The translations under genes and the position numbers were made by a program. Below the pieces are notes generated by a model. The model was not told where the DNA came from. It did no database searches and saw only the letters and a program-made list of their open reading frames with translations. A stretch of 64,000 nt of DNA from an uncultured Alphaproteobacteria bacterium. Its GTDB lineage: Bacteria; Pseudomonadota; Alphaproteobacteria; Rhizobiales; Xanthobacteraceae. Shown here in pieces: positions 18,673 through 29,649 of the stretch. Within the stretch, counting starts at the first letter, position 1; the number at the start of each line of letters is the position of its first letter. The stretch is from NCBI GenBank assembly GCA_963732455.1, contig CAVSZM010000006.1:131141-195140 (forward strand), given 5' to 3'.

Positions 18673-19721
18673 ATTTCCGCGATCGCCGCGGCTTCAGCGT
18701 CGAGACTGAATTTCGCCAACACTCTCTCCCGCCCCCGCTGGCCCATCTCCGCGGCTGATGCCGGATCGCGCATCAGCGGCTCCAGCGCTGCGACCAGCGC
18801 ATCGACGTCAGCCGACGGCGTCAGCACCCCGGTGACGCCGTCCTCGACCACCAGTTCGGCAGCCCCGGCGCGCGACGCCACCAGCGCCGCCCCCACCGAC
18901 ATCGCCTCGATCAGGGTCAGACCGAAACCTTCATTGCGGGAGGTGAAAGCGTAGATCGTCAGCCGCTGGTACCATCGCCGCACATCCTCGATTGGGAGCT
19001 CGCCGGTGATAACAATTCTCGATTGCAGTCCCGCGGCCTCGATCCGCTTTCTCAGATCGTTCGCGAAAGCCAGGTGCTCACCAGTGATCGCGCCGACCAT
19101 GACCGCGACAAAGTCGGGATAGCGCGGCAGCAGCCTGCACATGGCGTCCACAAACACATCGCTGCCTTTTTGCGCGCGCACCCGGCCGAAGCAGCCGATT
19201 GCGTAGCGGCCCGGCAATCCCGCTTCCGCGAGCGCGGCCGCGCGATTGGCCGGCGGTGCATAGCGATCGGTATCGACACCGTGCGGGATGACCGTCGCCT
19301 GGCGCTTGAGAAACGACGCCGAGATATCGCTGGTCGCGATAATCGCGTCCATCCGGTTGATCAGCCACCGCGTGATCCAGGTGTGGTGCCGCTGCGCCGC
19401 CGAGGTGAACACAAGTCTCAAGGGCCAGCCGAGCGATCGCAACAGCACGCCAACGATCATCTCGTTGTTGCGCCGAGCGTGCCAGATCAGCGGCGTGCGA
19501 CGCCGCCACAGTTTCGCGAGATCCCCAAACCCCATCCGCGCGATGCCGTCGGGCGCATCCGGACCAAGCCATGCCGCGCGGAACATTTTCGCGAGTTTCG
19601 GCGCCACCATGCGGTTGGTCGCGGTGACGCCCGAATAGCGCCTGTGCAGATTTGGCACGACCAGTTGCAGATTGTCAGCGGAAATGTTCTCGATTCCCAC
19701 ACCAGGCTCCGTTTCGCGCAT
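18654..19721 (-). CDS. lpcC: GT4 glycosyltransferase, LpcC/LpsB-like LPS core mannosyltransferase
   Basis: PNLHRRYSGVT N-terminal motif, GRVRAQKG, SRNEGFGLTLIEAM. Lies in the LPS core cluster. Confidence 0.75.
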   Translation of the reverse strand: MRETEPGVGIENISADNLQLVVPNLHRRYSGVTATNRMVAPKLAKMFRAAWLGPDAPDGIARMGFGDLAKLWRRRTPLIWHARRNNEMIVGVLLRSLGWPLRLVFTSAAQRHHTWITRWLINRMDAIIATSDISASFLKRQATVIPHGVDTDRYAPPANRAAALAEAGLPGRYAIGCFGRVRAQKGSDVFVDAMCRLLPRYPDFVAVMVGAITGEHLAFANDLRKRIEAAGLQSRIVITGELPIEDVRRWYQRLTIYAFTSRNEGFGLTLIEAMSVGAALVASRAGAAELVVEDGVTGVLTPSADVDALVAALEPLMRDPASAAEMGQRGRERVLAKFSLDAEAAAIAEIYRTLV

Positions 19722-19817
19722 TTCCTATACGCAACATTAAGCATAGTGGCCAGTTCGCTTGTGCTGAAACCCGCTCTTCACCGCGCCCCGAATAGCATCG
19801 CCGGCGGAAATTGAGAG

Positions 19818-20843
19818 ATGGGTGATCTGATGACTGTGCTTGTCACCGGCGGCGCCGGCTATATCGGAAGTCACATGGTTCGGGCGCTGGCGGAAGCCGG
19901 CGAAAGCGTTGTCGTGATCGACAACCTGTCGACCGGATTTTCCGCATTCCTGCCGGAAGGCGTTCCGCTGTTCATCGGCGATGCCGCGGACGAGAATCTC
20001 GTCGAGGGCGTGATCGCAGCACATGGCGTGGAAAGCATCATTCATTTTGCGGGGTCCGTGGTGGTACCGGATTCGATGCGCGATCCGCTCGCCTATTACC
20101 GCAACAACACCATGACCACCCGCAGCCTGTTGAACGCGGCGGTGAAGTGCGGCGTCAACCGTTTCATCTTTTCATCAACCGCGGCCGTGTACGGCAACCC
20201 GGATCAGGTGCCCGTTCCCGAACATGCGCCGACGCGCCCGCTGTCGCCTTACGGCTCATCGAAACTGATGACCGAGATCATGCTGCATGACGTCGCCTCC
20301 GCGCACGGCATGAACTATGTCGTGCTGCGCTACTTCAATGTCGCGGGCGCCGATCCGCAGGCGCGCATTGGATTGGCGACCGTCGGCGCGACCCATCTTT
20401 TGAAAATCGCGGTGGAAGCGGCCACGGGACAGCGCGCCAAGATCGACGTGTTCGGAACCGACTACCCGACGCCGGACGGAAGCTGCATCCGCGATTTCAT
20501 TCACGTCAGCGATCTTGCGCAGGCCCATCGCGCCGCGCTGTCATATCTGCGCGACGGCGGCGTCTCTGTGACACTGAATTGCGGCTACGGCCGCGGCTAT
20601 TCGGTGCTCGAAACCATCGAGGCCGTGCGGCGCGTCTCCGGACGCAACTTTGCGGTTCAATATGCGTCGCGCAGGCCCGGCGATATCATGACCATGATCG
20701 CGGACACCGGCCGGATTCGCGCCACGCTGGACTGGACGCCGCAATACGATGATATCGAGATCATCGCCGCGCACGCGCTGGCGTGGGAAGCGAAGTTGTT
20801 CCGCGAGCGCAATAGCGACCTGCCGCGCGTGGCATCAGCCTAA
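19818..20843 (+). CDS. galE: UDP-glucose 4-epimerase
   Basis: TGGAGYIGSH, FSSTAAVYG, YGSSK, LRYFNVAGAD, DGSCIRDFIHV. Confidence 0.93.
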   Translation: MGDLMTVLVTGGAGYIGSHMVRALAEAGESVVVIDNLSTGFSAFLPEGVPLFIGDAADENLVEGVIAAHGVESIIHFAGSVVVPDSMRDPLAYYRNNTMTTRSLLNAAVKCGVNRFIFSSTAAVYGNPDQVPVPEHAPTRPLSPYGSSKLMTEIMLHDVASAHGMNYVVLRYFNVAGADPQARIGLATVGATHLLKIAVEAATGQRAKIDVFGTDYPTPDGSCIRDFIHVSDLAQAHRAALSYLRDGGVSVTLNCGYGRGYSVLETIEAVRRVSGRNFAVQYASRRPGDIMTMIADTGRIRATLDWTPQYDDIEIIAAHALAWEAKLFRERNSDLPRVASA

Positions 20844-20969
20844 AATCTCGTTCCGCGCAAGCTCCGATTTGGCTTGAAAAACCCTGATATAGCGGGCAAG
20901 GAGACGGACGTTTCGCATCAACCCTGACGCGCGGGCGGCTGACTGTCCGGCGCTGTCAATGGAACGTGG

Positions 20970-22778
20970 ATGACCGAATTTCCAGAGAAAATCACTGACG
21001 ATCCCTATCAGGCGGCGGCCCTGATTCGCCGCCTGATCATGGAACAGGGAGCCACCTATTGGCGGCGCTATCTGCTCGCATTCGTGCTGATGGGGGTTTC
21101 GGCGGCGGCAACCGCCGGCTCGGCCTATCTCCTCGGCCAGGTCATCAACAAGGCCTATGTCGACAAGGATGTTCGCGGCATCGCCATCCTGTCGGGGGTA
21201 ACCGTCCTGATCTTCATGCTCAAGGGTGCGACGACCTACGGTCAGACCGTGATCCTGTCGAAAATCAGCAATGCGATTCTCGCCAATAACCAGCGCAGGC
21301 TGTTCGCCAAGCTGATGAACGAAAGCGTCGCCTTCTTTTCTGAGCGGCATTCGTCGGAATTTCTGGCGCGCCTGACCTCAGGCGCGAACTCCGTCACCCA
21401 GGTTCTCAACCTGCTGATCAATGCGCTCGGACGCGACCTGTTGCTGCTGATCGGACTTGTCGCGGTCATGTTGATGCAGGATCCGGTCATGGCGCTGCTT
21501 GGATTTCTGGTGGCCCCGCCGGCCATGCTGGTGCTGCGCAAGCTGGTAAAGCGGATCAAGGGCCTTGCGCACAACCAGTTCAGCGGCACCGCTGACATTC
21601 TCGAAACCATGCAGGAGTCGCTGCAGGGTATTCGCACGGTCAAGGCATTCTCGCTCGAACAGACCATGCGCGAGCGGATCGACGCCAGCATCGCCGCGGT
21701 CGAGCAGAACGCCAACAAAATGGCGCGGGTTTCCAACCGTGCGAGCCCGCTGATGGAAACGCTGGGCGGCCTCGCGATCGCGGGCGGACTAATGTATGGC
21801 GGCTATAGCGTGGTCGCGATGGGCGCGACGCCGGGTCAGTTCTTTTCGTTCCTGACCGCGTTCCTGATGGCCTACGAGCCGGCCAAGCGTCTGGCGCGCC
21901 TCAACATCGAACTGAACAGCAACCTGATCGGTGCGCGCAAATTGCTGGAGATCGTCGACAGCCCGGCCAGCGAGCCCGTCGACGATGACAAGCCGGCCCT
22001 GAGGCTCACCGACGCCCAGGTCGAATTGCGCGACGTGACCTTCGGCTATCGTCCTCACGAACCGGTGCTCAGCCGCATGAGCTTTGTCGCCGAACCCGGA
22101 AAAGTCACCGCGCTGGTCGGTCCTTCCGGCGGCGGCAAATCCACCGTGCTGGCGCTGCTGCTGCGGTTCTATGAAGTGACCGAAGGCGACATTCTGATCG
22201 ACGGACAGTCGATTTCCAACGTATCGCGAAGATCGCTTCGCCAGCAGACCGCCTATGTCGGGCAGGACGTCTATCTGTTCCGTGCCTCGATCCGCGAGAA
22301 CATCGCGTTCGGCAAGGTCGGCGCAACCGAAGCCGAGATCGTGGCCGCCGCCAAGGCGGCCTGCGCGCACGAGTTCATCATGGGCTTTCCGCTCGGCTAC
22401 GACACGCCGGTGGGCGAGCACGGCACGCAATTGTCGGGCGGTCAGCGTCAGCGCGTCGCTGTCGCCCGTGCGCTGGTGAAGAACGCACCGATCATCCTGC
22501 TGGATGAAGCGACCGCGGCGCTGGATTCGGAATCCGAAAAGCAGGTGCAGGAAGCGATCGAACATCTTTGCCAGGACCGCACCACGATCGTCATCGCTCA
22601 TCGCCTGCACACCATCATGCACGCCGACGCCATCCTGGTGGTCGAGAGCGGCGAGATCGTCGAACGCGGGCGGCACGACGATCTGCTGCGACGCGGCGGA
22701 CGCTATGCCTCGTTCTTCCGGATACAACATCGGGACGCCGGTCCTCTCACTCTGGCGCCGATCAGCGCAACCGCGTAA
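20970..22778 (+). CDS. MsbA-like ABC exporter (fused TMD-NBD)
   Basis: TM domain, Walker A GPSGGGKS, LSGGQRQR, LLDEATAALD. LPS-cluster context. Confidence 0.88.
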   Translation: MTEFPEKITDDPYQAAALIRRLIMEQGATYWRRYLLAFVLMGVSAAATAGSAYLLGQVINKAYVDKDVRGIAILSGVTVLIFMLKGATTYGQTVILSKISNAILANNQRRLFAKLMNESVAFFSERHSSEFLARLTSGANSVTQVLNLLINALGRDLLLLIGLVAVMLMQDPVMALLGFLVAPPAMLVLRKLVKRIKGLAHNQFSGTADILETMQESLQGIRTVKAFSLEQTMRERIDASIAAVEQNANKMARVSNRASPLMETLGGLAIAGGLMYGGYSVVAMGATPGQFFSFLTAFLMAYEPAKRLARLNIELNSNLIGARKLLEIVDSPASEPVDDDKPALRLTDAQVELRDVTFGYRPHEPVLSRMSFVAEPGKVTALVGPSGGGKSTVLALLLRFYEVTEGDILIDGQSISNVSRRSLRQQTAYVGQDVYLFRASIRENIAFGKVGATEAEIVAAAKAACAHEFIMGFPLGYDTPVGEHGTQLSGGQRQRVAVARALVKNAPIILLDEATAALDSESEKQVQEAIEHLCQDRTTIVIAHRLHTIMHADAILVVESGEIVERGRHDDLLRRGGRYASFFRIQHRDAGPLTLAPISATA

Positions 22779-22823
22779 AGCATAGGTGCGAGTTTCCGCC
22801 CCCAACCCCGTCGGGACCCTTTC

Positions 22824-23525
22824 ATGAGCGCCACATCCTTTGTCATTCCTGCCCATCCGCAAGCTTCGATCGCCGTCGCCGGCGACACCAAATCGTTTCC
22901 GGTTCGCCGCATCTGGTGCGTCGGACGCAACTATCTCGAGCACATCAGAGAGATGGGCAATGACGAACGGGCGCCGCCATTTTTCTTCGCCAAGCACGCC
23001 GACATGCTCGAGCCGGACGGCGCCACCATCCCGTACCCGCCGCTGACCAAGGATTTGCATCACGAAGTCGAATTGATCGTTGCACTCAAGAGCGGCGGCC
23101 TCAACATTCCCTCCGACAAGGCGCTCGACCACATCTACGGCTATGGCGTCGGCATCGACCTAACCCGCCGCGATCTGCAGCAGGCCTCGCGCAAAAAAGA
23201 ACAGCCATGGGAAATCGGCAAATCGTTCGACCATTCCGCGCCCTGCGGGCCACTGCAGCCGGCCTCGAAAATCGGCCATCCGGCAAAAGGAAAGATCTGG
23301 CTTTCGGTCAACGGCACCGAACGGCAGAAGGGCGACCTCACCGAATTGATCTGGAGCGTGCCCGAGATCATCGCGAAATTGTCGCAACAGGTCACGCTCG
23401 GGGCCGGCGATATCATCATGACGGGGACGCCGGCCGGCGTCGCGGCGCTCTCGCCCGGCGATAAAATCGAATGCGGGGTCGATGGCGTCGGCACCCTGAA
23501 GGTCACGATCGGCAAGCCGGCATAG
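22824..23525 (+). CDS. Fumarylacetoacetate hydrolase family protein
   Basis: CVGRNY, HHEVEL, DLTRRD, KSFD, GDIIMTGTPAGV. Confidence 0.92.
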   Translation: MSATSFVIPAHPQASIAVAGDTKSFPVRRIWCVGRNYLEHIREMGNDERAPPFFFAKHADMLEPDGATIPYPPLTKDLHHEVELIVALKSGGLNIPSDKALDHIYGYGVGIDLTRRDLQQASRKKEQPWEIGKSFDHSAPCGPLQPASKIGHPAKGKIWLSVNGTERQKGDLTELIWSVPEIIAKLSQQVTLGAGDIIMTGTPAGVAALSPGDKIECGVDGVGTLKVTIGKPA

Positions 23526-23550
23526 CCGGCTCTCCCTGCCCCAACACTGA

Positions 23551-23575
23551 CCCCGGACCCGTTCGGGGGCTTTTT
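23551..23575 (+). terminator. Rho-independent terminator
   Basis: CCCCGGA-CCCG-TTCGGGG stem followed by CTTTTT, after the FAH gene. Confidence 0.7.
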
Positions 23576-23684
23576 GCGCTCGAATTTGCACCCTTCTCCG
23601 CGGAACCACGGATAAATTCGCAGTCCGTTAACCACGCGCACATTAAATGAGCTGATAGCCACGACACTTGCGCCGGAGCCGCCG

Positions 23685-25031
23685 ATGACCCCCGACTGGA
23701 ACGCGATCCGCCTCGACTTGCTTCAGATCGACGAGCCGATGCGGATGACGTTACGGGAGATGCGGCCGCTTTTCGCAAAATCCCTGCCGGGCATTCTCGC
23801 GGAGTTCTACGACAACGTCCGGCGCTACGACCCCTCCTCCGGCATTTTCAAGGAGGGAACGATGCAGGAGGCCGTCCGCCTGCAGCTGCATCACTGGGAC
23901 CTGATCGCGGCCTGCGAATTCGGCGCGGCTTACGCAAGTTCGGTCGCGCGCATTTGCGAGATCAATCAGCGCGCCGGCGTCGCGCCACAATGGTATGTCG
24001 GTTGCCGGCTGATGTTCATCGCCGACCGCTTGATGAAGGCGGTTGAGACCGAAGTCCAGGTTCCGCGCTTCGGCCGCGCCGCGCAGGCCGCGCGCGACAA
24101 GAAGGCCTCGATGCTGAAAGCCATCGCCCGGGCCAATATGCTGGACACCGAAAACGTCGTCGCGTTTTATTTCGGCTCCAACCGTCAGATTCGCAAGGAC
24201 ACGATCGCCGAGGCCAGCGACCGCTTCCGCGCCATCATCACTTCGTTGTCCACGGCATCAAACGAACTCGAAACCACCGCCCGCGCGCTGAGCGACAATG
24301 CCGGCAACACCACGCGGCTTGCCACAGTGGTCGCCAATGCCTCGGAAGACGCCTCCAACAATGTGCGGTCGGTGGCGTCGGCGACCGAGCAGCTCGCCAG
24401 TTCCGTGCGCGAGATTTCGGCGCAGGTCCAGGAGTCCAACCGTATCGCCGCCAGCGCCGTGAAACAGGCCGATGAGACGGACTCGCGCATCAACGCACTG
24501 TCGCAGGCCGCCAACCGGATCGGCGACGTGATCAAGCTGATCACCTCGGTCGCCGAACAGACTAATCTTCTGGCGCTCAACGCCACCATCGAGGCGGCGC
24601 GCGCGGGCGAAGCCGGCCGCGGCTTCGCCGTGGTGGCGCAGGAGGTCAAGGCGCTCGCCGCCCAGACCGCCAAGGCCACCGACGAAATCGGCGTCCAGAT
24701 AGCGGGCATGCAGACCGCGACGCAGGAGGCGGTCGGCTCGATCAAAATGATCAGTTCGACCATCGGCAAGATTTCCGAGATCACCGGCGCGATATCGGCG
24801 GCGATCGAGGAACAGGGCGCCGCCACCCAGGAAATTTCCGGGAATATCCAGCGTACCGCCGACGGCACTTCGCAAGTCGCCGGCACCATCGCCGAAGTCA
24901 GCCAGGGCGCCAACCAGACCGGCGCGGCATCGAGCCAGCTATTGTCATCGGCGAAGCAATTGTCGGTTTCAACGACCAGCCTGCAGGCCGAGATCGACGG
25001 TTTCCTCAAATCGATCGCGGCTGCAGCATGA
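23685..25031 (+). CDS. Soluble globin-coupled (protoglobin/HemAT-like) methyl-accepting chemotaxis protein with atypical heme site
   Basis: N-term globin pattern (FY, QxxHW, PxWYxG), no TM helices, C-term [29 protein letters not shown]. Confidence 0.85.
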   Translation: MTPDWNAIRLDLLQIDEPMRMTLREMRPLFAKSLPGILAEFYDNVRRYDPSSGIFKEGTMQEAVRLQLHHWDLIAACEFGAAYASSVARICEINQRAGVAPQWYVGCRLMFIADRLMKAVETEVQVPRFGRAAQAARDKKASMLKAIARANMLDTENVVAFYFGSNRQIRKDTIAEASDRFRAIITSLSTASNELETTARALSDNAGNTTRLATVVANASEDASNNVRSVASATEQLASSVREISAQVQESNRIAASAVKQADETDSRINALSQAANRIGDVIKLITSVAEQTNLLALNATIEAARAGEAGRGFAVVAQEVKALAAQTAKATDEIGVQIAGMQTATQEAVGSIKMISSTIGKISEITGAISAAIEEQGAATQEISGNIQRTADGTSQVAGTIAEVSQGANQTGAASSQLLSSAKQLSVSTTSLQAEIDGFLKSIAAAA

Positions 25032-25138
25032 GTTCACGGGATCAAGAGTGAGGCTCAGCCGGCCCTCACGCCCGAGGGGCGACCGCATCGCGGTCACAAT
25101 CGATCAGCGCGGCCACTGCATAACGAGCCAGATAACCG

Positions 25139-26602
25139 TCACGAATACTGCATTACCCCGTCATCGACCTTGCCGAAGCGCAAGCTGACGATGTCGAGCG
25201 CGTAGTTCTGATAGAGCCGCCACGGCCGCTTCGAGCCCTGCTTTGGCATTTTCGCGACCGCGCGCTGTACGTAACCGGACGAGAAATCCAGCGACGGCAA
25301 TTCAGCGATGGTAGGATCGATATTGTGCGGCATGCATTGCTTGTAGCCATGCCGATCCATGTAATTGACCAGGCGGCAGACATATTCGCAGGTCAGATCG
25401 CATTTCAGCGTCCACGACGCATTGGTATAGCCGAATGAAGATGCCAGATTGGGCACATCCGAATACATCATGCCCTTGTAGTTCAGCGTCCTGGCGAAAT
25501 CGACCGCGCGGCCGTCGACACTGACCTCCATGCCGCCGAGCACCTGCAGAACGAGACCGGTGGCGGTGACGATGATGTCGGCTTCGAGCTCGCTGCCATC
25601 CTTCAGTTTGATGCCGTTTTTCGTGAAGCTGTCGATCTCGCTGGTCACGACGGAAGCGCGCTTTTCCCTGATGGCGTTGAACAGATCGCCATCGGGAACC
25701 AGGCATAACCGCTGATCCCAGGGATTGTAGCGCGGCGTAAAGTGGGTGGCGATGTCGTAGTCGGGACCGAGCGCCATTTTGACGCCGCCGAGGATCAGTT
25801 CCTTTACACGCGCGGGCTTGCGCCGGCTGAGCTGAAAGAAATACATCCCCCACAACACGTTGCGCCAGCGGATCAAATGATAGGCGAGCTTGGCCGGCAG
25901 ATTGCGGCGCAGTTTGTTGGCCAGCGCGTCCTGCGCCGGCCGCGACACCACATACGTAGGCGAGCGCTGCAGCATGGTGACATGCGCTGCCGTCTTGGCC
26001 ATCTCCGGCACCAGCGTTACCGCCGTCGCGCCCGAGCCGATCACCACCACGCGCTTGCCGGCGTAATCGATGTCGTCGGTCCATTTCTGCGGATGCACGA
26101 TGCGGCCGGCGAAGTCTCCGACGCCGGAAAATTCCGGCGTGTAGCCAGCCTCGTATTTGTAATAGCCCGAGCACATGAACAGGAAATTGCAGGTGAAGCG
26201 CACGGTCTCCGAAGCCCCTTCGCGCTGCGGTCCGAGTTCCGCCTCCACGGTCCAGCGTGCGTCCTGCGTCGACCACGATGCCCGCCTGACCCGATGGTTG
26301 AAGCGAATTTTCTTGTCGATGCCGTTATCGGCGGCGGTCTCGCACACGTAGTTCAGAATCCGCGGCCCGTCGGCAATCGCCTTCGGCTCGGTCCATGGCT
26401 TGAACGAATAGCCAAGCGTGAACATGTCACTGTCGGAGCGAACGCCGGGATAGCGGAACAAATCCCAGGTACCACCGATGCAGTCGCGACCCTCGAGGAT
26501 GGCGTAGCTCTTTCCGGGACACTTGTGCTGCAGGTGATAACCAGCGCCAATGCCGGACAACCCGGCGCCGACAATCAACACGTCGAAATGTTCTGGTGGC
26601 AT
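25139..26602 (-). CDS. EthA-like FAD/NAD(P)H flavin monooxygenase (class B)
   Basis: VGAGLSG, GGTWDLFRYPGVRSDSD, FAGRIVHPQKW, IGSGATA, PRYNPWDQRLC. Confidence 0.9.
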   Translation of the reverse strand: MPPEHFDVLIVGAGLSGIGAGYHLQHKCPGKSYAILEGRDCIGGTWDLFRYPGVRSDSDMFTLGYSFKPWTEPKAIADGPRILNYVCETAADNGIDKKIRFNHRVRRASWSTQDARWTVEAELGPQREGASETVRFTCNFLFMCSGYYKYEAGYTPEFSGVGDFAGRIVHPQKWTDDIDYAGKRVVVIGSGATAVTLVPEMAKTAAHVTMLQRSPTYVVSRPAQDALANKLRRNLPAKLAYHLIRWRNVLWGMYFFQLSRRKPARVKELILGGVKMALGPDYDIATHFTPRYNPWDQRLCLVPDGDLFNAIREKRASVVTSEIDSFTKNGIKLKDGSELEADIIVTATGLVLQVLGGMEVSVDGRAVDFARTLNYKGMMYSDVPNLASSFGYTNASWTLKCDLTCEYVCRLVNYMDRHGYKQCMPHNIDPTIAELPSLDFSSGYVQRAVAKMPKQGSKRPWRLYQNYALDIVSLRFGKVDDGVMQYS

Positions 26603-26678
26603 GGTGGTCTCCGAGGCGGAATTCCGAAAGCGTTGATTGCAGTAGGTTAGCCAGCAAGCCGCAGAAAAATGCAACTGG

Positions 26679-26790
26679 CGAGACGCGGCGGGCGCGCCTC
26701 CTCATGGTTCGAGACGTCGCAAACGCGTTTCCTCACCATGAGGGTATCATCCTCATCCGGGTCTGCGCCACGACGCATCCCGGAATAATC
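26679..26790. repeat. Palindromic intergenic repeat(s) (CCTCATGGT...ACCATGAGG plus a CCGGG...CCCGGAAT remnant)
   Basis: Inverted repeat at 26700-26708 / 26735-26743 with TTCGAGACG core, between convergent-free ends of ahcY (stop) and the monooxygenase promoter. Confidence 0.6.
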
Positions 26791-26801
26791 GCGTCGGATC
26801 A

Positions 26802-28232
26802 TCAATACCTGTAATGATCCGGCTTGAACGGGCCCTGCTCCGACACGCCGATATATTCGGCCTGATCAGGCCGCAGTTGCGTCAGCTTCACGCCGATCTT
26901 GGCAAGATGCAGCCGCGCCACCTTCTCATCCAGCGATTTCGGCAGCACATAGACCTTCTTGTCGTATTTGCCGTTCTTGTTGTTGGCGAACAGCTCGATC
27001 TGCGCCAGCGCCTGGTTGGTGAAGGATGCCGACATCACGAAGGACGGATGGCCCATGGCGTTGCCGAGGTTGACCAGGCGGCCCTCCGACAGCAGGATGA
27101 TGCGGTGCTTGTCGGGGAATTCGATCTCGTCGACCTGCGGCTTGATGTTGGTCCATTTCAGATTGCGCAGACCCGCGATCTGGATCTCGTTGTCGAAATG
27201 GCCGATGTTGCAGACGATGGCACGGTCCTTCATGGCGCGCATGTGCTCGATGGTGATGATATCCTTGTTGCCGGTGGCGGTGACGAAGATGTCGGCACGC
27301 GGCGCGGCGTCTTCCATGGTGACGACTTCATAGCCTTCCATCGCGGCCTGCCACGCGCAGATCGGATCGACCTCGGACACCATGACGCGGCAGCCGGCCT
27401 GGCGCAGCGATGCGGCAGAACCCTTGCCGACGTCGCCGAAGCCCGCGACCATCGCGACCTTGCCGGACATCATCACGTCGGTGCCGCGGCGGATGCCGTC
27501 GACCAGCGATTCGCGGCAGCCATAGAGATTGTCGAACTTCGACTTGGTGACGCTGTCGTTGACGTTGATCGCCGGAAACAGCAGCTTGCCTTCCTTCTCC
27601 ATATTGTAGAGCCGGTGCACGCCCGTCGTGGTTTCTTCCGAGACGCCCTTGATGTTCTTCGCAATCCCGGCGAACCAGCCTTTGGGTTTCTCTTTCAGAA
27701 GGCGCTTGATCAGCGCGAAGAAAACTTCCTCTTCCTCGCTATTGTGCTGGTCCAGAAAGACAGCGTCGCCGTTCTCGGCACGGAGACCGTGATGCACCAG
27801 CATGGTGGCGTCGCCACCGTCATCGAGGATCATGTTGGGCGTGCCGCCGCCGTGCCAGTCGAACAGTTTTGCGGTGTAGTCCCAGTATTCGGTGAGGCTT
27901 TCGCCCTTTACCGCGAACACGGGAATGCCGGCCGCCGCGATCGCGGCCGCGGCGTGGTCCTGCGTCGAATAGATGTTGCAGGAGACCCAGCGGATATCGG
28001 CGCCGAGCGCCGCCAGCGTCTCGATCAGGACCGCGGTCTGGATCGTCATGTGCAGGGAACCGGCGATGCGCGCGCCCTTCAGGGGTTGTTTGGGGCCGTA
28101 TTCCTCACGCGTCGCCATCAGGCCTGGCATCTCGGTTTCGGCCAGCGAGATTTCCTTGCGGCCAAATTCAGCGAGCGAGATGTCCTTGACGATGTAATCG
28201 GTGAAGGCGGGCTTCTTGGCGGTGGCGGTCAT
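26802..28232 (-). CDS. ahcY: S-adenosyl-L-homocysteine hydrolase
   Basis: [49 protein letters not shown]. Confidence 0.98.
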   Translation of the reverse strand: MTATAKKPAFTDYIVKDISLAEFGRKEISLAETEMPGLMATREEYGPKQPLKGARIAGSLHMTIQTAVLIETLAALGADIRWVSCNIYSTQDHAAAAIAAAGIPVFAVKGESLTEYWDYTAKLFDWHGGGTPNMILDDGGDATMLVHHGLRAENGDAVFLDQHNSEEEEVFFALIKRLLKEKPKGWFAGIAKNIKGVSEETTTGVHRLYNMEKEGKLLFPAINVNDSVTKSKFDNLYGCRESLVDGIRRGTDVMMSGKVAMVAGFGDVGKGSAASLRQAGCRVMVSEVDPICAWQAAMEGYEVVTMEDAAPRADIFVTATGNKDIITIEHMRAMKDRAIVCNIGHFDNEIQIAGLRNLKWTNIKPQVDEIEFPDKHRIILLSEGRLVNLGNAMGHPSFVMSASFTNQALAQIELFANNKNGKYDKKVYVLPKSLDEKVARLHLAKIGVKLTQLRPDQAEYIGVSEQGPFKPDHYRY

Positions 28233-28255
28233 ATGAGGGTCCTGTTCCTGTGCAT

Positions 28256-28386
28256 GTCATTTCGAGGCGCGAGGGTTGCGACAGAATTTGACGGATTTTA
28301 CGTCAATTTTGCGCTGAAGGGGCGAGCCCGGAAATTCGGAAATTCGAGATTCCGGTCCATGCCTTGCAGCACATCCCGGAAATGAC
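28256..28386. repeat. REP-like palindromic element (GTCATT...AATGAC family) between metK and ahcY
   Basis: Ends GTCATTTCG / CCGGAAATGAC and internal CCCGGAAT..GAGATTCC segment shared with the 62304-62404 copy. Carries an extra TTGACG..CGTCAA hairpin. Confidence 0.65.
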
Positions 28387-28395
28387 GTCGCGTGA

Positions 28396-29595
<1,200 letters not shown>

Positions 29596-29649
29596 CCAAC
29601 CCCTTTTCCGCCTGACCTCGGCGGTCCTTTCGAAATGTGTCCTGAAATG

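Noticed and set aside
23628-23646. CtrA box upstream of the chemoreceptor (TTAA...TTAA)
   Set aside because: The spacer is 11 nt rather than the canonical 7. At most a half-site (TTAACCA).
26814-28385. 523-aa plus-strand ORF antisense to ahcY, and similar long antisense ORFs (1255-2481, 21789-23132, 28987-29961, 41255-42913, 36034-37080, 61181-62140)
   Set aside because: They lie opposite well-supported genes and have no family motifs. Long stop-free antisense frames are expected from GC-rich codon bias.
28233-28395. SAH or SAM riboswitch upstream of ahcY
   Set aside because: The space is filled by a REP-like element, and I see no SAH or SAM-II consensus. An Rfam scan would settle it.
29596-29649. 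SAM-II riboswitch upstream of metK
   Set aside because: Only 54 bp with a 5-bp stem (29608-29624) and a GAAATGT direct repeat. It lacks the SAM-II conserved segments.
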